64,000 nucleotides of DNA from Alphaproteobacteria bacterium. GTDB lineage: Bacteria; Pseudomonadota; Alphaproteobacteria; UBA828. The notes below the pieces were generated by a model, which was not told where the DNA came from, ran no database searches, and was given only the letters and a program-made list of their open reading frames with translations. Positions 38,316 through 49,466 of the stretch are shown one piece after another. Numbering within the stretch: position 1 is the first letter of the stretch; every line of letters begins with the position of its first letter. The stretch lies in NCBI GenBank assembly GCA_965214705.1, contig OZ243972.1:2112001-2176000 (forward strand), read 5' to 3'. A program made the position numbers and the translations under genes.

Positions 38316-40012
38316 CTGAAGTAACTGGGGGTAGAGTCTTCGACTGGGGTTGAGTCTTCGACGGTTGAAGCGTGAAGTGGTAGCGGGTAGGGCAGACGAG
38401 GCCGTCCCTTCAGTGGCGTGCGAGGGCACCCGTTTGGAAGCTTGGCCCGAACCGTGATCGGCTTCTGTCACTGATGGCGCGGGTTCGCCCGTGACCTCGT
38501 TCAAGAGATTGAGACTTCGCCGCGGTTCCTCCCCACCCGCAACGTCAACGGAGTTTGGGAGGGCTCTCGATGGCGCGCAAGCGGAGAAGGAGGCAGCGCC
38601 TCAAGGTAGTGCACCCGAATTGCGCCGGGATCGACATCGGCAAGGACCGGCACTTCGTGGCGGTGGATCCGGAGCGAGCCGAGGAACCGGTGAGGGAGTT
38701 CGGCGCGTTCACGCGCGACCTGGATGCGATGGCCGAGTGGCTGAAGTCGTGCGGTGTGACGAAGGTGGCGATGGAGTCGACCTCGGTCTACTGGATCCCG
38801 GTTTACGAGGTCCTGGATCGAGCCGGCTTCGAGGTGATGCTTGTGCCGCCCCGGATGACGAAGCAGATCGGCGGGCGCAAGAGCGATGTGCTGGACTGCC
38901 AGTGGATCTGGCAGCTGATGTCCTACGGCCTTCTGCGCGGCGCCTTCCGGCCGGGCGACGCGATCTGCCCGTTGCGCTCCTTCATGCGCCAGGCGAAGCA
39001 GTTGATCGAGGACCGCTCTCGCTGCGTGCTGCATATGCAGAAGGCGCTGACCCAGATGAACGTGCGTCTGGACTCGGTGATCAGCGATATCATGGGGAAG
39101 ACGGGTGAGCGCATCCTGCGGGCGATCATCGCCGGCGAGCGCGACCCCGGGCGGCTGGCGTCGCTTCGCGACAGGCGGATCAAGGCCAGCGCCGACACGA
39201 TTGCCGCGAGCCTGGAGGGCACTTGGCGCGAGGAGCACCTGTTCGCGCTTGAGCAGGCGATGCAGCGCTACGACTTTCTGGAGCAGCAGATCGCGGACTG
39301 CGAGGCGCGGATCATGGCGGAGGTTGAGCACCTGACCCCGCCGGACGATCCGACGGATGAGGGTACGCCCGAGGACACTCCCAGTGTCGGATCATCGGGC
39401 ACGGCGTCGAACGAGACCCCAAGCAGCAGCGGCAGGGCGCTCCGCGGGCAGGATAAGGCCATGGCTATGGCGCTGCATAAGATGATGGGGGTCGATCTCA
39501 CCGCAATCCCCACCGTCGGCGTCAACACTGCCCTGGTGATCGCCGCCGAGATCGGTCCTGACTTCTCCGCCTTTCCCTCCGCACAGCACTTCAGTTCCTG
39601 GCTGGGGCTGGCGCCTGGGACCAGGATCAGCGGCGGCAAACCGTTGCCGGGCCGGGGGCCCAAGGTGGTCAACCGCGTTGGCCAGGCACTGCGCATGGCG
39701 GCCATGACCGCTCGCACCAGCCAAACCTTCATCGGCGCCAAGCACCGCAGCCGCCTCGCCCGGATGGACACCAGCGTAGCCGTTGTCGCCACCGCCCGAG
39801 AACTCGCCTGCCTGATCTACCTGATGGTGACCCGCGGCCAGCAATATGCCGAGAAGGGGATGGAGGTCTACGAGAGCCGACGCCTGGACCGAAAGTTCTC
39901 TTCGCTCCGTCGACAGGCCAAGAAGCTCGGCTTCCAACTGGTCGAGATCGACGACGACAACAAAAACACAAATGCCTCTATGTCAACGGCTTAGAGAGAA
40001 GTTACTCAAGAG
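38316..40012 (+). mobile_element. IS110-family element (ends approximate)
   Basis: Imperfect inverted motifs CTGAAGTAACT and AGTTACTCAAG flank the recombinase gene; about 250-bp non-coding leader. Confidence 0.65.
38570..39994 (+). CDS. IS110-family DEDD recombinase
   Basis: AGIDIGK, AMESTSVYW, RKSDVLD, SWLGLAPGTRISGG. Confidence 0.92.
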   Translation: MARKRRRRQRLKVVHPNCAGIDIGKDRHFVAVDPERAEEPVREFGAFTRDLDAMAEWLKSCGVTKVAMESTSVYWIPVYEVLDRAGFEVMLVPPRMTKQIGGRKSDVLDCQWIWQLMSYGLLRGAFRPGDAICPLRSFMRQAKQLIEDRSRCVLHMQKALTQMNVRLDSVISDIMGKTGERILRAIIAGERDPGRLASLRDRRIKASADTIAASLEGTWREEHLFALEQAMQRYDFLEQQIADCEARIMAEVEHLTPPDDPTDEGTPEDTPSVGSSGTASNETPSSSGRALRGQDKAMAMALHKMMGVDLTAIPTVGVNTALVIAAEIGPDFSAFPSAQHFSSWLGLAPGTRISGGKPLPGRGPKVVNRVGQALRMAAMTARTSQTFIGAKHRSRLARMDTSVAVVATARELACLIYLMVTRGQQYAEKGMEVYESRRLDRKFSSLRRQAKKLGFQLVEIDDDNKNTNASMSTA

Positions 40013-40320
40013 GGGCGGAGAACCGCGCCTCGCCGTTGCTTGCAGCAGCCAAGATGCCGCCGTGAAGCGCTGGCGGCTTATCGACAACTTCACGGCTTGT
40101 TGGAACGCTTACCACCCCGTGCGCGGCACGAGCGAATCCTCACAGCGGTTGAAACGACGAGAGTACGTTTCACATCGAATTGAAGTGGTGCCTATTTGGT
40201 ATCTGGAGACTGAGACCGAAGCCGCATGAGGAAAGAAGCTGATCCATAATGTGCTGCCAAATAACAATTATTTCAATCGTACTACAGTGCTTGGAACGGT
40301 GATACGCTTTGCGCCGGTAA

Positions 40321-41145
40321 CCATGGTGCGGTGCACGGGGCGGGCGGGGGGAGGCAGGCTGCGGGGATGCAGTGCACAGACCATCACCTTGTCGAAACAT
40401 CCGGGCTGGCACCGCCCCGGAGGCGCGGCTAATGGCCGGTCGTTCCTCCATCGAGCGCTTGCCGCGGCCGATTCAGGCGCTGGTGCACGAGGCGATCGCC
40501 GAGGGCGCCACCATCGACGAGATCGTCCGGCTCATCCGCGCGCACGGCGGCACCTGCTCGCGTTCGGCCGTCGTCCGCTTCGCCAAGAGGGTGCGCGAGA
40601 GGCTGCGGCGCTGGAGCGAGGACAAGGGGCTCACCGATTTCTGGCTCAAGTCGCAAGGCGAGCGGCCCGAGGGCGGAACCGGGCGGCTCGCGCTCGAGAC
40701 GCTCCGGTCTCTCGCCCTGCGCGCTGCCATCGCCCTCGACCGCGAAGAGGAACCGCCAACCGCCGACCAGATTGCCCCGCTCGCGCTCGTCATGCACCGC
40801 ATCGAAGGCGCCGGCAAGAGCGATGCGGCGCGCGAGAGCGCCGTTGCTCGCATGGACGGCGGGCGAAACAAGACGCCGAAGGGCGGCGGCGGGCTGTCGC
40901 CCGAGGCCGTCGCCATCATCCGCGCCGAGGTCGAGGGCGACTGGCGCGAATGGACCCCGGAGACACACGACGAAGGCGCGCACCGGCTCGATATCGACAG
41001 CCATCCGATGCGCCGCTCCGGTCCGTCATGAGCCACCTTGGGCCGCTTGCCTGGACCACCTTGGGCCACCTTGGGCCGCTTTGGGCCGGAATGGGCCGGA
41101 ATAGGCCGCCTTAAAACACTCTTCCGAAATTTGCCGGGATTCTTC
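40321..41145 (+). repeat. DUF3486-containing dispersed repeat, full copy
   Basis: Aligns with 54968-55418. Confidence 0.85.
40432..41031 (+). CDS. Phage Mu gp27 / DUF3486-like protein
   Basis: MAGRSSIERLP...TIDEI...SRSAVVRF pattern. Confidence 0.7.
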   Translation: MAGRSSIERLPRPIQALVHEAIAEGATIDEIVRLIRAHGGTCSRSAVVRFAKRVRERLRRWSEDKGLTDFWLKSQGERPEGGTGRLALETLRSLALRAAIALDREEEPPTADQIAPLALVMHRIEGAGKSDAARESAVARMDGGRNKTPKGGGGLSPEAVAIIRAEVEGDWREWTPETHDEGAHRLDIDSHPMRRSGPS

Positions 41146-41260
41146 ACCTGTCTCGGGTGGGCGGCTGGAGACGGACTCGGCCATCGACTAGCATCCGGGC
41201 CGGGCCGGGCGGCGAGTGTCGGCCTGGGCGGAGCGATGACGAGCAGGCGAGGAGACCGGC

Positions 41261-42037
41261 ATGGGCCGTTCGAAGATACTGTTGGCGGGCGAATCGTGGG
41301 TTACGGCCGCAACGCACATCAAGGGCTTCGATCAGTTCCCCACGGTCACCTTCCATCGCGGCGCCGACGCGCTGGCCGAGGCGCTGGCGGACAGCGATTT
41401 CGCGCTCACCTACATGCCGGCCCACGAAGCGCAGACGCACTTTCCGTCGACCCTCGCCGGGCTTTGGGAATACGACGCCGTCATTCTCAGCGACATCGGC
41501 GCCAACACCCTGCTCCTGCATCCCGATACGTGGATCGAGAGCAAGCCCACGCCGAACCGGCTCAAGCTCATCCGCGACTACGTGGGCGAAGGCCGTGGCC
41601 TGATGATGGTCGGCGGCTATTACAGCTTCCAGGGCATCAATGCCGGCGCCCGCTACCGGGGAACGCCGGTCGAGGAGGTGCTGCCCGTGACGATCCTGCC
41701 CTGGGACGATCGCGTCGAAGTGCCGGAAGGGTTCCGAGCGGAGGTCAAGGGGCCTGCCGCTCATCCTATCCTCGCGGGCCTCGGCACCGAGTGGCCGATA
41801 CTGCTGGGCTACAACGAGGTCGCGCTGAAGGAGAAGGCGGAGCTTCTGCTGAAGGTCCCGGACGACGCGGGCGGGCATCCCCTGCTGGCGACGGGCGCCT
41901 ACGGCAAGGGCCGCGCCATCACCTGGACCTCGGACATCGGCCCGCACTGGTGCCCGCCCGGCTTCGTCTCGTGGGAGGGCTACGGCCGCCTGTGGCAGCA
42001 GTGCCTCGCGTGGCTGACGCAGGCCTCGGATCGCTGA
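41261..42037 (+). CDS. Glutamine amidotransferase-like cytoplasmic protein (DUF1355 type)
   Basis: LAGESW, KGFDQF, SDIGANT, MVGGYYSFQG, SDIGPHW. Confidence 0.85.
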   Translation: MGRSKILLAGESWVTAATHIKGFDQFPTVTFHRGADALAEALADSDFALTYMPAHEAQTHFPSTLAGLWEYDAVILSDIGANTLLLHPDTWIESKPTPNRLKLIRDYVGEGRGLMMVGGYYSFQGINAGARYRGTPVEEVLPVTILPWDDRVEVPEGFRAEVKGPAAHPILAGLGTEWPILLGYNEVALKEKAELLLKVPDDAGGHPLLATGAYGKGRAITWTSDIGPHWCPPGFVSWEGYGRLWQQCLAWLTQASDR

Positions 42038-42097
42038 TCGCGCGCGCCGGCCTCCAGTCGGTATCCCAGGCTGCTGCGCGGGTGCGGCCTCCGGCCC

Positions 42098-42921
<824 letters not shown>

Positions 42922-42925
<4 letters not shown>

Positions 42926-43824
42926 TGCGCTGCACCCATGCGGATCGTGCCTCGATGAGTCGGTCCGCCGCCGCCGGGCACGCGCAGACGCCAGAGCTGG
43001 CCATTGGAGTTGGGCTCCTCGGTCACGACCAGGGCCCCGGCGTCGGTCACCCACATGGTCTCGCCGTCGAAGACGCAGTTCGTGGGCGCGCCGCCACAGG
43101 CAATGAACCCGTCGACCGTGCCGTCGGGATTCAGCACGTGCATACCGCCGGCGGAGAGGTCGGTCACGTAGAGCCGGCCGTCGGCACCGACGGTCATGCC
43201 GTCCAGGATGGAGTTGTCACCGGGCATTCGGCCCAAGTCTTCGATGGTGCCGTCGGGCCGCAGGCGGCCGACGTGGCCGGTGTAGGATTCGTCCCACACG
43301 ATGGAGCCGTCGGCCTCGACGGCGACGCCGTTGGGGAAGACGGGTTCGGGAAAGTCGACGAGGAGGCTGGTGCTGCCGTCCGGCGCGATGGCGAAGATGT
43401 AGCTCGGGTTCGGATCGTCCGGGTTGTAGGTGCCGGGATCGGTGAAGATCAACCGCCCGTCCGCGTGGAAGACCAGATCGTTGGGGCCGTTCAACGCAAT
43501 GCCCCCGATCTCCGTGACCAGGGTCTCGGCCGCGCCGCCCTCGTGCACGCGCTGGATGGAGGGCGTGGTCATCTCCGCCGACCGCCACGGGCCCACGGTG
43601 CCGCCGTTCTGGCAGACGTAGAGCGCGCCGTCGCCGCCGAGCACGCAGGCGTTGGGCGCGCCCGCGGTGTAAGCGAAGCGGCGCATCTCGCCGCCCGCGT
43701 CGACCACCGTGAGCTGGCTCCGGTAGCTCTCGACGAAGACGACGCTGCCGTCGGCCCTCACGGTGGGGCCCTCGGGCCAGCCGAGGCCGGAGGCCACGAG
43801 TACGGGTGCTTCTCCACTGTTCAT
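42922..43824 (-). CDS. SMP-30/gluconolactonase/LRE-family protein
   Basis: GLGWPEGP, PNDL, FPNG, DGM, PTNC. Confidence 0.9.
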
Positions 43825-44654
43825 TTTACGGCTCCTGCGGTCAGTCCGCGCACGATATAGCGCTGCACGAAGAGCGAGAAGATCAGGATGGGCACCACTG
43901 TCACCACGCCCACCGCTGCGGCGATGTTCCAGTCGATGGGCCGTTGCGCGCTGACCAGCGTGGCAGCGCCGAGCGCGATGGTCTGGAATTCCCGCGAATC
44001 GATGACGTAGAGCGCGACCAGAAACTCGTTCCAGATGAAGATCGCGCCGAACAGCGACGCTGTCACCAGTCCGGGCCGCACCATGGGCAACATCACGCGC
44101 CACAACACCTCGAAGCGGGTGCAGCCGTCCATGATCGCGGCGTCGTCGATCTCCTGCGGGATCTCGTCGAAGAACCCGATCATGATCCAGACCACCAGCG
44201 GCAGAGAGAACGCGATGTAGGGCAGGATCAGCCCCAAGTAGCTGTCGTGCGTGCCCACCCACTGCATCATCAGGAAGAGCGGGATCGCGATGGCGACCGG
44301 CGGCATGAAGCGCATGCTCAGGATCGTGAAGGCGAGGTTCTCGTTGCCGCGAAAACGGAAGCGCGAGAAGGCGTAGGCCGCAGGCGTCGCGATCACGAGC
44401 ACCAGCACCGTGGTGGCGCCCACCACGATGATCGAGTTGACGGTGAACTCCAGCATGCCCTGGCTGAACAGAACTTCGTTGTAGTTCTTCGTGATCCGGG
44501 CCCACTTGAAATCGAGGGTCGGCGGCACCTGCGCCAGAATCTCGATGCGCTTCTTGGTGGAGAGAACCCCGAGATAGACGATGGGCGCGATGCCGGCGAG
44601 CCCGAGCATGATCAGCACGAGATAGGCGAACGCCCTGCCGATCTTCCGCTTCAT
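43821..44654 (-). CDS. Carbohydrate ABC transporter permease
   Basis: EIDDAAIMDG loop, WNEF, hydrophobic segments. Confidence 0.92.
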   Translation of the reverse strand: MKRKIGRAFAYLVLIMLGLAGIAPIVYLGVLSTKKRIEILAQVPPTLDFKWARITKNYNEVLFSQGMLEFTVNSIIVVGATTVLVLVIATPAAYAFSRFRFRGNENLAFTILSMRFMPPVAIAIPLFLMMQWVGTHDSYLGLILPYIAFSLPLVVWIMIGFFDEIPQEIDDAAIMDGCTRFEVLWRVMLPMVRPGLVTASLFGAIFIWNEFLVALYVIDSREFQTIALGAATLVSAQRPIDWNIAAAVGVVTVVPILIFSLFVQRYIVRGLTAGAVK

Positions 44655-45568
44655 TTCGCGTACCCCGGCCGTATCTGGACGAAGCGGAGCAGCACGATCG
44701 TGCCGACCGCGAGAATCAGCAGCATCATGTACGAAGCCGCGGCGGCATAGCCGTAGTTCTGCCACTGGAAGCCGTTCTGGAACGAGAAGAAGCTGAGCGT
44801 CGTCGTGCTCCTTGCCGGCCCGCCGTAGCTCAACCCGAAGATGAGGTCGAAGGAGCGGAACGAATCGACCGCACGGAAGACCGCGGCGAAGATAATCGCG
44901 GGCATCAGGACCGGCAGGGTGACGAAGCGGAAGGTGGCGAGCGGCTTCGCGCCGTCGACGATGGCGGCCTCGAACACCTCCTGCGGCAGCGCCTGCAGGC
45001 GGGCATAGACGATGATGAAGACGAACGGCGTCCACTGCCACGACTCGACGAGGATGAGCGTTGGCATCGCCATTTCGATCGAGCCGAACCAGTTCGGCGG
45101 CTCTAGGCCGACCGCCTCGATGCACCAGTTGACGAGCCCCCAGTCAGGGTTGAGCAGGGCCCGCCACATCACGCCGACGACGATGGGCGTGATCAGCATG
45201 GGCAGCACGAGGATGCCGCGCACGAGCCACGCGCCCCTGAGCTGCAGATTGAAGAACATCGCGAGCGCGACCCCGAGCACGACCTGAATTGCCAGCGAGG
45301 CGCTCACCATGACCGCGCTGTTCTTGGTCGCGTTCCAGAAGTGCGGGTCGCGCAGCAGGTCGCCGTAGTTCCTGAGACCGACCCAGTCTCCGGTGCCTGC
45401 TGCCGCGGTCAGGTCCGTGAACGAAAGCCGCAGGCTGTAGAAGAGCGGAAAGATCGCAAACGCCGCAAGATAAAGCAGGGTCGGCGCGAGGAGCAGCCAT
45501 ACGACTGTCCCCGGCCGATCCAGCTTCCCCAGCTTGGTGCCGAGCCGTTCGCGACTGGCGGGGGTCAT
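44651..45568 (-). CDS. Carbohydrate ABC transporter permease
   Basis: WQWTPF and EAAIVDGA. Confidence 0.92.
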   Translation of the reverse strand: MTPASRERLGTKLGKLDRPGTVVWLLLAPTLLYLAAFAIFPLFYSLRLSFTDLTAAAGTGDWVGLRNYGDLLRDPHFWNATKNSAVMVSASLAIQVVLGVALAMFFNLQLRGAWLVRGILVLPMLITPIVVGVMWRALLNPDWGLVNWCIEAVGLEPPNWFGSIEMAMPTLILVESWQWTPFVFIIVYARLQALPQEVFEAAIVDGAKPLATFRFVTLPVLMPAIIFAAVFRAVDSFRSFDLIFGLSYGGPARSTTTLSFFSFQNGFQWQNYGYAAAASYMMLLILAVGTIVLLRFVQIRPGYAK

Positions 45569-45608
45569 CCCGCGATCGGGTTACTCGTCTTGTCGGGCCC
45601 TCTTCTGC

Positions 45609-47048
45609 CTAAGCGAGGTGACCCGCCTTGCGCAGAACGTCCTCCCACTGGGCCTGCACGTTGTCGCACGCGGTCTTCGCGTCCTGCGCGCCGATGAGCG
45701 CCGCGTTGAACTCGACGTTCATCATGGCGTTCATCTGGAAGAACTCCGGGATGCGCGAGGTCGGGATGGTCACCGCGTTCTCGATGGCAGACAGCGCGTG
45801 CTCCAGATAGGGGAACCTCTTGAGCAGCTCCGGATCCTTGAAGGCCGAGGTGCGGTTGGCGTCGATGTTGTAGGCCTCGATCGAGTAGCGGTTGATCCGC
45901 TTGTTGGTGACCCAGGTCAGCGCCCGCCAGGCTGCGCCCCTCTTGGCGGGATCGATATTCGCAGGAATGCCAACTCCCCAGCCGCCCTGGATTGCACTCG
46001 GCATATGCCCCGGCCCCGCCGGCACGGGCGCGGTCCCCGTGACATCAGCGACCAGCGAGTTCTCCTCGTTGAGCACCGGCCCGGCGATGGTCGACCAGAA
46101 GATCATCTGCGCGATCCTGCCGGTGGAGAATCCGTCCACGTTCTCGGCGAAGCCGTATTGCGTGACGTTCTTCGGCGCGTAGGGCAGGTAGTCGATAAGC
46201 ATCTGCAACGCGTTGATGCCCTCGGCCGAGTTGATCTGCGGCGTGAAGTTCTTCTCGTTGGGGTCGCCGCTCATCAGGCTGCCCCCGGTGGTGATGAAGC
46301 GCGTGTACCAGTCCACCGTGGCCAGCGAGAAATCGTTGGCGCCGATAAAGCTGCATCCGGCCACGTCGTCGCTGTGCAACGCCTGGGCGGCCGCCATGAA
46401 CTCGTCCCAGGTGCTCGCCGGCTGCAGGCCGGCCTCCTCGAACAGGTCCTTGCGGTAGAAGTAGATGACCGAGCCGGAATGGAGGCCCGGAACGCCGTAG
46501 ACGTCCGTGCCCTTGCCGACCGTCCCCGTCGCCATGTCGTAGTATCCGACATTTCTCATGGCAGCCGGAATGAAGTCGTCGAAGTCCCAATCGGGCGGCG
46601 TCTCCGCCGGGTCGTCGATGAACTCGTTGAGCTGCATGAAGTAGCCGCCGCCGACCTGTTGCGTGGTCAGGAATCCCAGGTACTCGATCAGCTCGAACGA
46701 CGACTGCTCGGCCTTGAGGTTTTGCAGCGTCTTCTCGATCAACGGGCCGAGGGCCGGCGCCGAGACCACCAGGTCGATTCCGGTTTCCGCCTTCATCTCG
46801 GGCAGCAGATCGTCGAGCGCCCGGTGATCGTTCTCGTCGCCGGTCATGAGGATGTTGATCTCGGTCCCGGCGTATTTCATCGGGTCGTAGTCGGCGGCGA
46901 ACGCTTTCCGAGCGCCCACCAGGCCGGGAAGCGCTGCGGCAGTGACGCCGGCGGCACCCGCGCCCTTGATGACTTGACGACGATTCACCCCGCCGGGGGT
47001 GCCCTTGCCCGGCTCGGCCTCGCGACCGGACTCGTTCTTACGGCCCAT
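45609..47048 (-). CDS. Sugar ABC transporter substrate-binding protein (Tat signal)
   Basis: NRRQVIK twin-arginine motif, YRKDLF, GGWG. Confidence 0.9.
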   Translation of the reverse strand: MGRKNESGREAEPGKGTPGGVNRRQVIKGAGAAGVTAAALPGLVGARKAFAADYDPMKYAGTEINILMTGDENDHRALDDLLPEMKAETGIDLVVSAPALGPLIEKTLQNLKAEQSSFELIEYLGFLTTQQVGGGYFMQLNEFIDDPAETPPDWDFDDFIPAAMRNVGYYDMATGTVGKGTDVYGVPGLHSGSVIYFYRKDLFEEAGLQPASTWDEFMAAAQALHSDDVAGCSFIGANDFSLATVDWYTRFITTGGSLMSGDPNEKNFTPQINSAEGINALQMLIDYLPYAPKNVTQYGFAENVDGFSTGRIAQMIFWSTIAGPVLNEENSLVADVTGTAPVPAGPGHMPSAIQGGWGVGIPANIDPAKRGAAWRALTWVTNKRINRYSIEAYNIDANRTSAFKDPELLKRFPYLEHALSAIENAVTIPTSRIPEFFQMNAMMNVEFNAALIGAQDAKTACDNVQAQWEDVLRKAGHLA

Positions 47049-47166
47049 TGTGTCTCCTCCCTGTTCTGACTCCCGGCGCTTATGCGCCAGTCGCGGACAA
47101 AACTATCACCGAAGTCATAGGGGGGGCCAGCAGCCTGCCGGGCAGGGGGCCCGGCGATGGGGCGGA

Positions 47167-47967
47167 TTACGCGGTCATGTAGCCGTCGTCGCACATGATG
47201 GTGTGGCCGGTCACCAGCTCCGACGCATCGCTCGCGAGGAAGATCGCCGCCCCGATCAACTCGCGCGGCAGGCCGACCCGCGGCCGGATCATGCGCGCCT
47301 TGATGAAGTCGGCGGTGAACGAGGTCGTCTGGGCGGCCTTGCGGGTCATCGGGGATTCCATCAGCGTCGGGCCGATCCCGTTGACCCGGACGCCGCGCTC
47401 GCGCCACTCCAGCGCCATCACCTTGGTCACCTGGGCGACCCCGCCCTTGGACGCGAGATAGGCGCTCGACAACGGATAGGCGATGAAGGAGCCGATCGAC
47501 GCCATGTTGATGATGCTGCCCTTTCCCTGATCGAGCATGACGTTGCCGAACGCCTGGCAGCAGAGATACGTGCCCTTCAGGTTCAGCTCGATGATGTAGT
47601 CGAAGCGCTCCTCGGGGAACTCCTCGGCCGGGCTGCGGTGGGCGCCGCCCGCGCTGTTGACGAGGATGTCGACGCGGCCGTGCTCGCGCCGCACCGCGTC
47701 CGCCACTTCGAAGCACTGGCTGCGCTTGGTGACATCGAGGGTGACCGTCGCAGCAGTCCCACCTTGCTCGTCGATGGTCGCCTTGGTCTCGGCCGCGCCG
47801 TCTTCATTGATGTCGGCGACGACGACCGTGACGCCGCATTGTGCGTAGCCGATGGCGATGGCCCGACCGAGACCGCTGCCGCCGCCCGTGATCACGGCCA
47901 CCCGGCCGGTGAGGTCGAAAATGTCGCGCGCGTAGCCGAGCGGAACACTGGTCTCGTCCGAGGACAT
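47167..47967 (-). CDS. SDR oxidoreductase (gluconate/2-deoxygluconate dehydrogenase-like)
   Basis: TGGGSGLG and YLASK. Confidence 0.9.
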   Translation of the reverse strand: MSSDETSVPLGYARDIFDLTGRVAVITGGGSGLGRAIAIGYAQCGVTVVVADINEDGAAETKATIDEQGGTAATVTLDVTKRSQCFEVADAVRREHGRVDILVNSAGGAHRSPAEEFPEERFDYIIELNLKGTYLCCQAFGNVMLDQGKGSIINMASIGSFIAYPLSSAYLASKGGVAQVTKVMALEWRERGVRVNGIGPTLMESPMTRKAAQTTSFTADFIKARMIRPRVGLPRELIGAAIFLASDASELVTGHTIMCDDGYMTA

Positions 47968-48148
47968 CGGCACCTCCGGAGTGCGTGAAGAGTGGCGCGA
48001 CCGGGCCGCATCCCGCCGGAATCTTCCGTCGCCGGACGGTACCCATCGCGCCCGAAAGCCTGTATCAAACTGTGGATTGGCGACGGTAGTGGGGCGCACT
48101 GATGCGGTCAATGCGCCGGGGCGTGTCGACGCTGGGCGGGGAGTCCCG

Positions 48149-49363
48149 ATGGGCGCGATCGGGCTGAGCGGGATCAGGAAGGTCTTTCCGGACGGCACGG
48201 TGGCCGTCAACGACGTGGACCTCGAAATCGACGACGGCGAGTTCGTCGTGTTCGTCGGGCCTTCGGGGTGCGGCAAGACCACTCTGCTGCGGCTGATCTC
48301 CGGGCTTGAGACCATGACCGCCGGCGAGATTCGCTTCGACGGCCAGGTCATCAACGACGTTTCGCCGCGCGAGCGCAACATGGCCATGGTCTTTCAGAAC
48401 TACGCCCTCTACCCGCACATGACCGTGCGCCAGAACATCGCCTTTGCGCTCCGCGTGCGGAAGTTCCGCCAGGCCGAGATCGCCGAACGGGTGAACGAGG
48501 CGGCGCGGATTCTCGATCTCGACCAGCTTCTCGACCGCAAGCCGAAGCAGCTCTCCGGCGGCCAGCGGCAGAGGGTGGCCATGGGGCGGGCGATCGTGCG
48601 CCATCCGGGTGCGTTCCTGCTCGACGAGCCGCTCTCCAATCTGGACGCCAAACTGCGGGTGCAGTTGCGCACCGAGCTGCGGCGCCTCCACGAACGCCTC
48701 GGCGTGACCACGATCCATGTCACCCACGACCAGGTGGAGGCGATGACCCTGGGCGACCGCGTCGCCATATTCTCGGAAGGCTCGCTCCAGCAGTACGACA
48801 CTCCACAGGCGCTCTATCGCCAACCGGCCAACATCTTCGTGGCCGGCTTCATCGGCAGCCCGGCGATGAACTTCGTCGAAGCCGTGCTCACCGGGAGCGG
48901 TGCGGAGGTTGCGGCGTCGATAGGCGGCACCGAAATCACGCTCGGACCCCTGTCGCTCAGCGACGGAGCCGGCCCCGGCGATCGCGTGCTCTTAGGCGTT
49001 CGACCCGAGCACTTGGGATGGCGGCGTAGCGAGAATGGCGCGTCGGGCGTCCTGCAGGCCCGCGTCGAACTGGTCGAACACATCGAGCCCGAGGCCCACG
49101 TTTCCGCATCCCTGGTGGACCCGGCCGTCGTCGTCCGCACCGCCGACGAATTCGTCGGTGATAGCCATGAGGACACGACTGCACTGGCGCACGAGGATGC
49201 CCGTTTCCTCACGCTGCGGGTCTCTGCGGATGAGGTACCCGAACGCGGCGAGGTCATCGACCTGATCATGGACGGCGATCGCATCCGCCTGTTCGACCTT
49301 GCGAACGGCAACCGCCTTGGCCACAAGCACGAGCCACGGGGTCCGCAACGAGGACAGACCTGA
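48149..49363 (+). CDS. Sugar ABC transporter ATP-binding protein (MalK-like)
   Basis: GPSGCGKT, LSGGQRQ, LLDEP. Confidence 0.95.
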   Translation: MGAIGLSGIRKVFPDGTVAVNDVDLEIDDGEFVVFVGPSGCGKTTLLRLISGLETMTAGEIRFDGQVINDVSPRERNMAMVFQNYALYPHMTVRQNIAFALRVRKFRQAEIAERVNEAARILDLDQLLDRKPKQLSGGQRQRVAMGRAIVRHPGAFLLDEPLSNLDAKLRVQLRTELRRLHERLGVTTIHVTHDQVEAMTLGDRVAIFSEGSLQQYDTPQALYRQPANIFVAGFIGSPAMNFVEAVLTGSGAEVAASIGGTEITLGPLSLSDGAGPGDRVLLGVRPEHLGWRRSENGASGVLQARVELVEHIEPEAHVSASLVDPAVVVRTADEFVGDSHEDTTALAHEDARFLTLRVSADEVPERGEVIDLIMDGDRIRLFDLANGNRLGHKHEPRGPQRGQT

Positions 49364-49466
49364 TCGGCCAGGAGCGCCTGTCTCCGGATCAAAGAGGGTA
49401 CGGACCTCGGGATCGTAAACGCCGCGCTCGCGCTCGCCGACCGCGCCGGCTGTTGAGAAATGCGGT

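Noticed and set aside
41032-41090. Tandem CCACCTTGGGCC motifs as a CRISPR array
   Set aside because: Too short, no unique spacers and no cas genes
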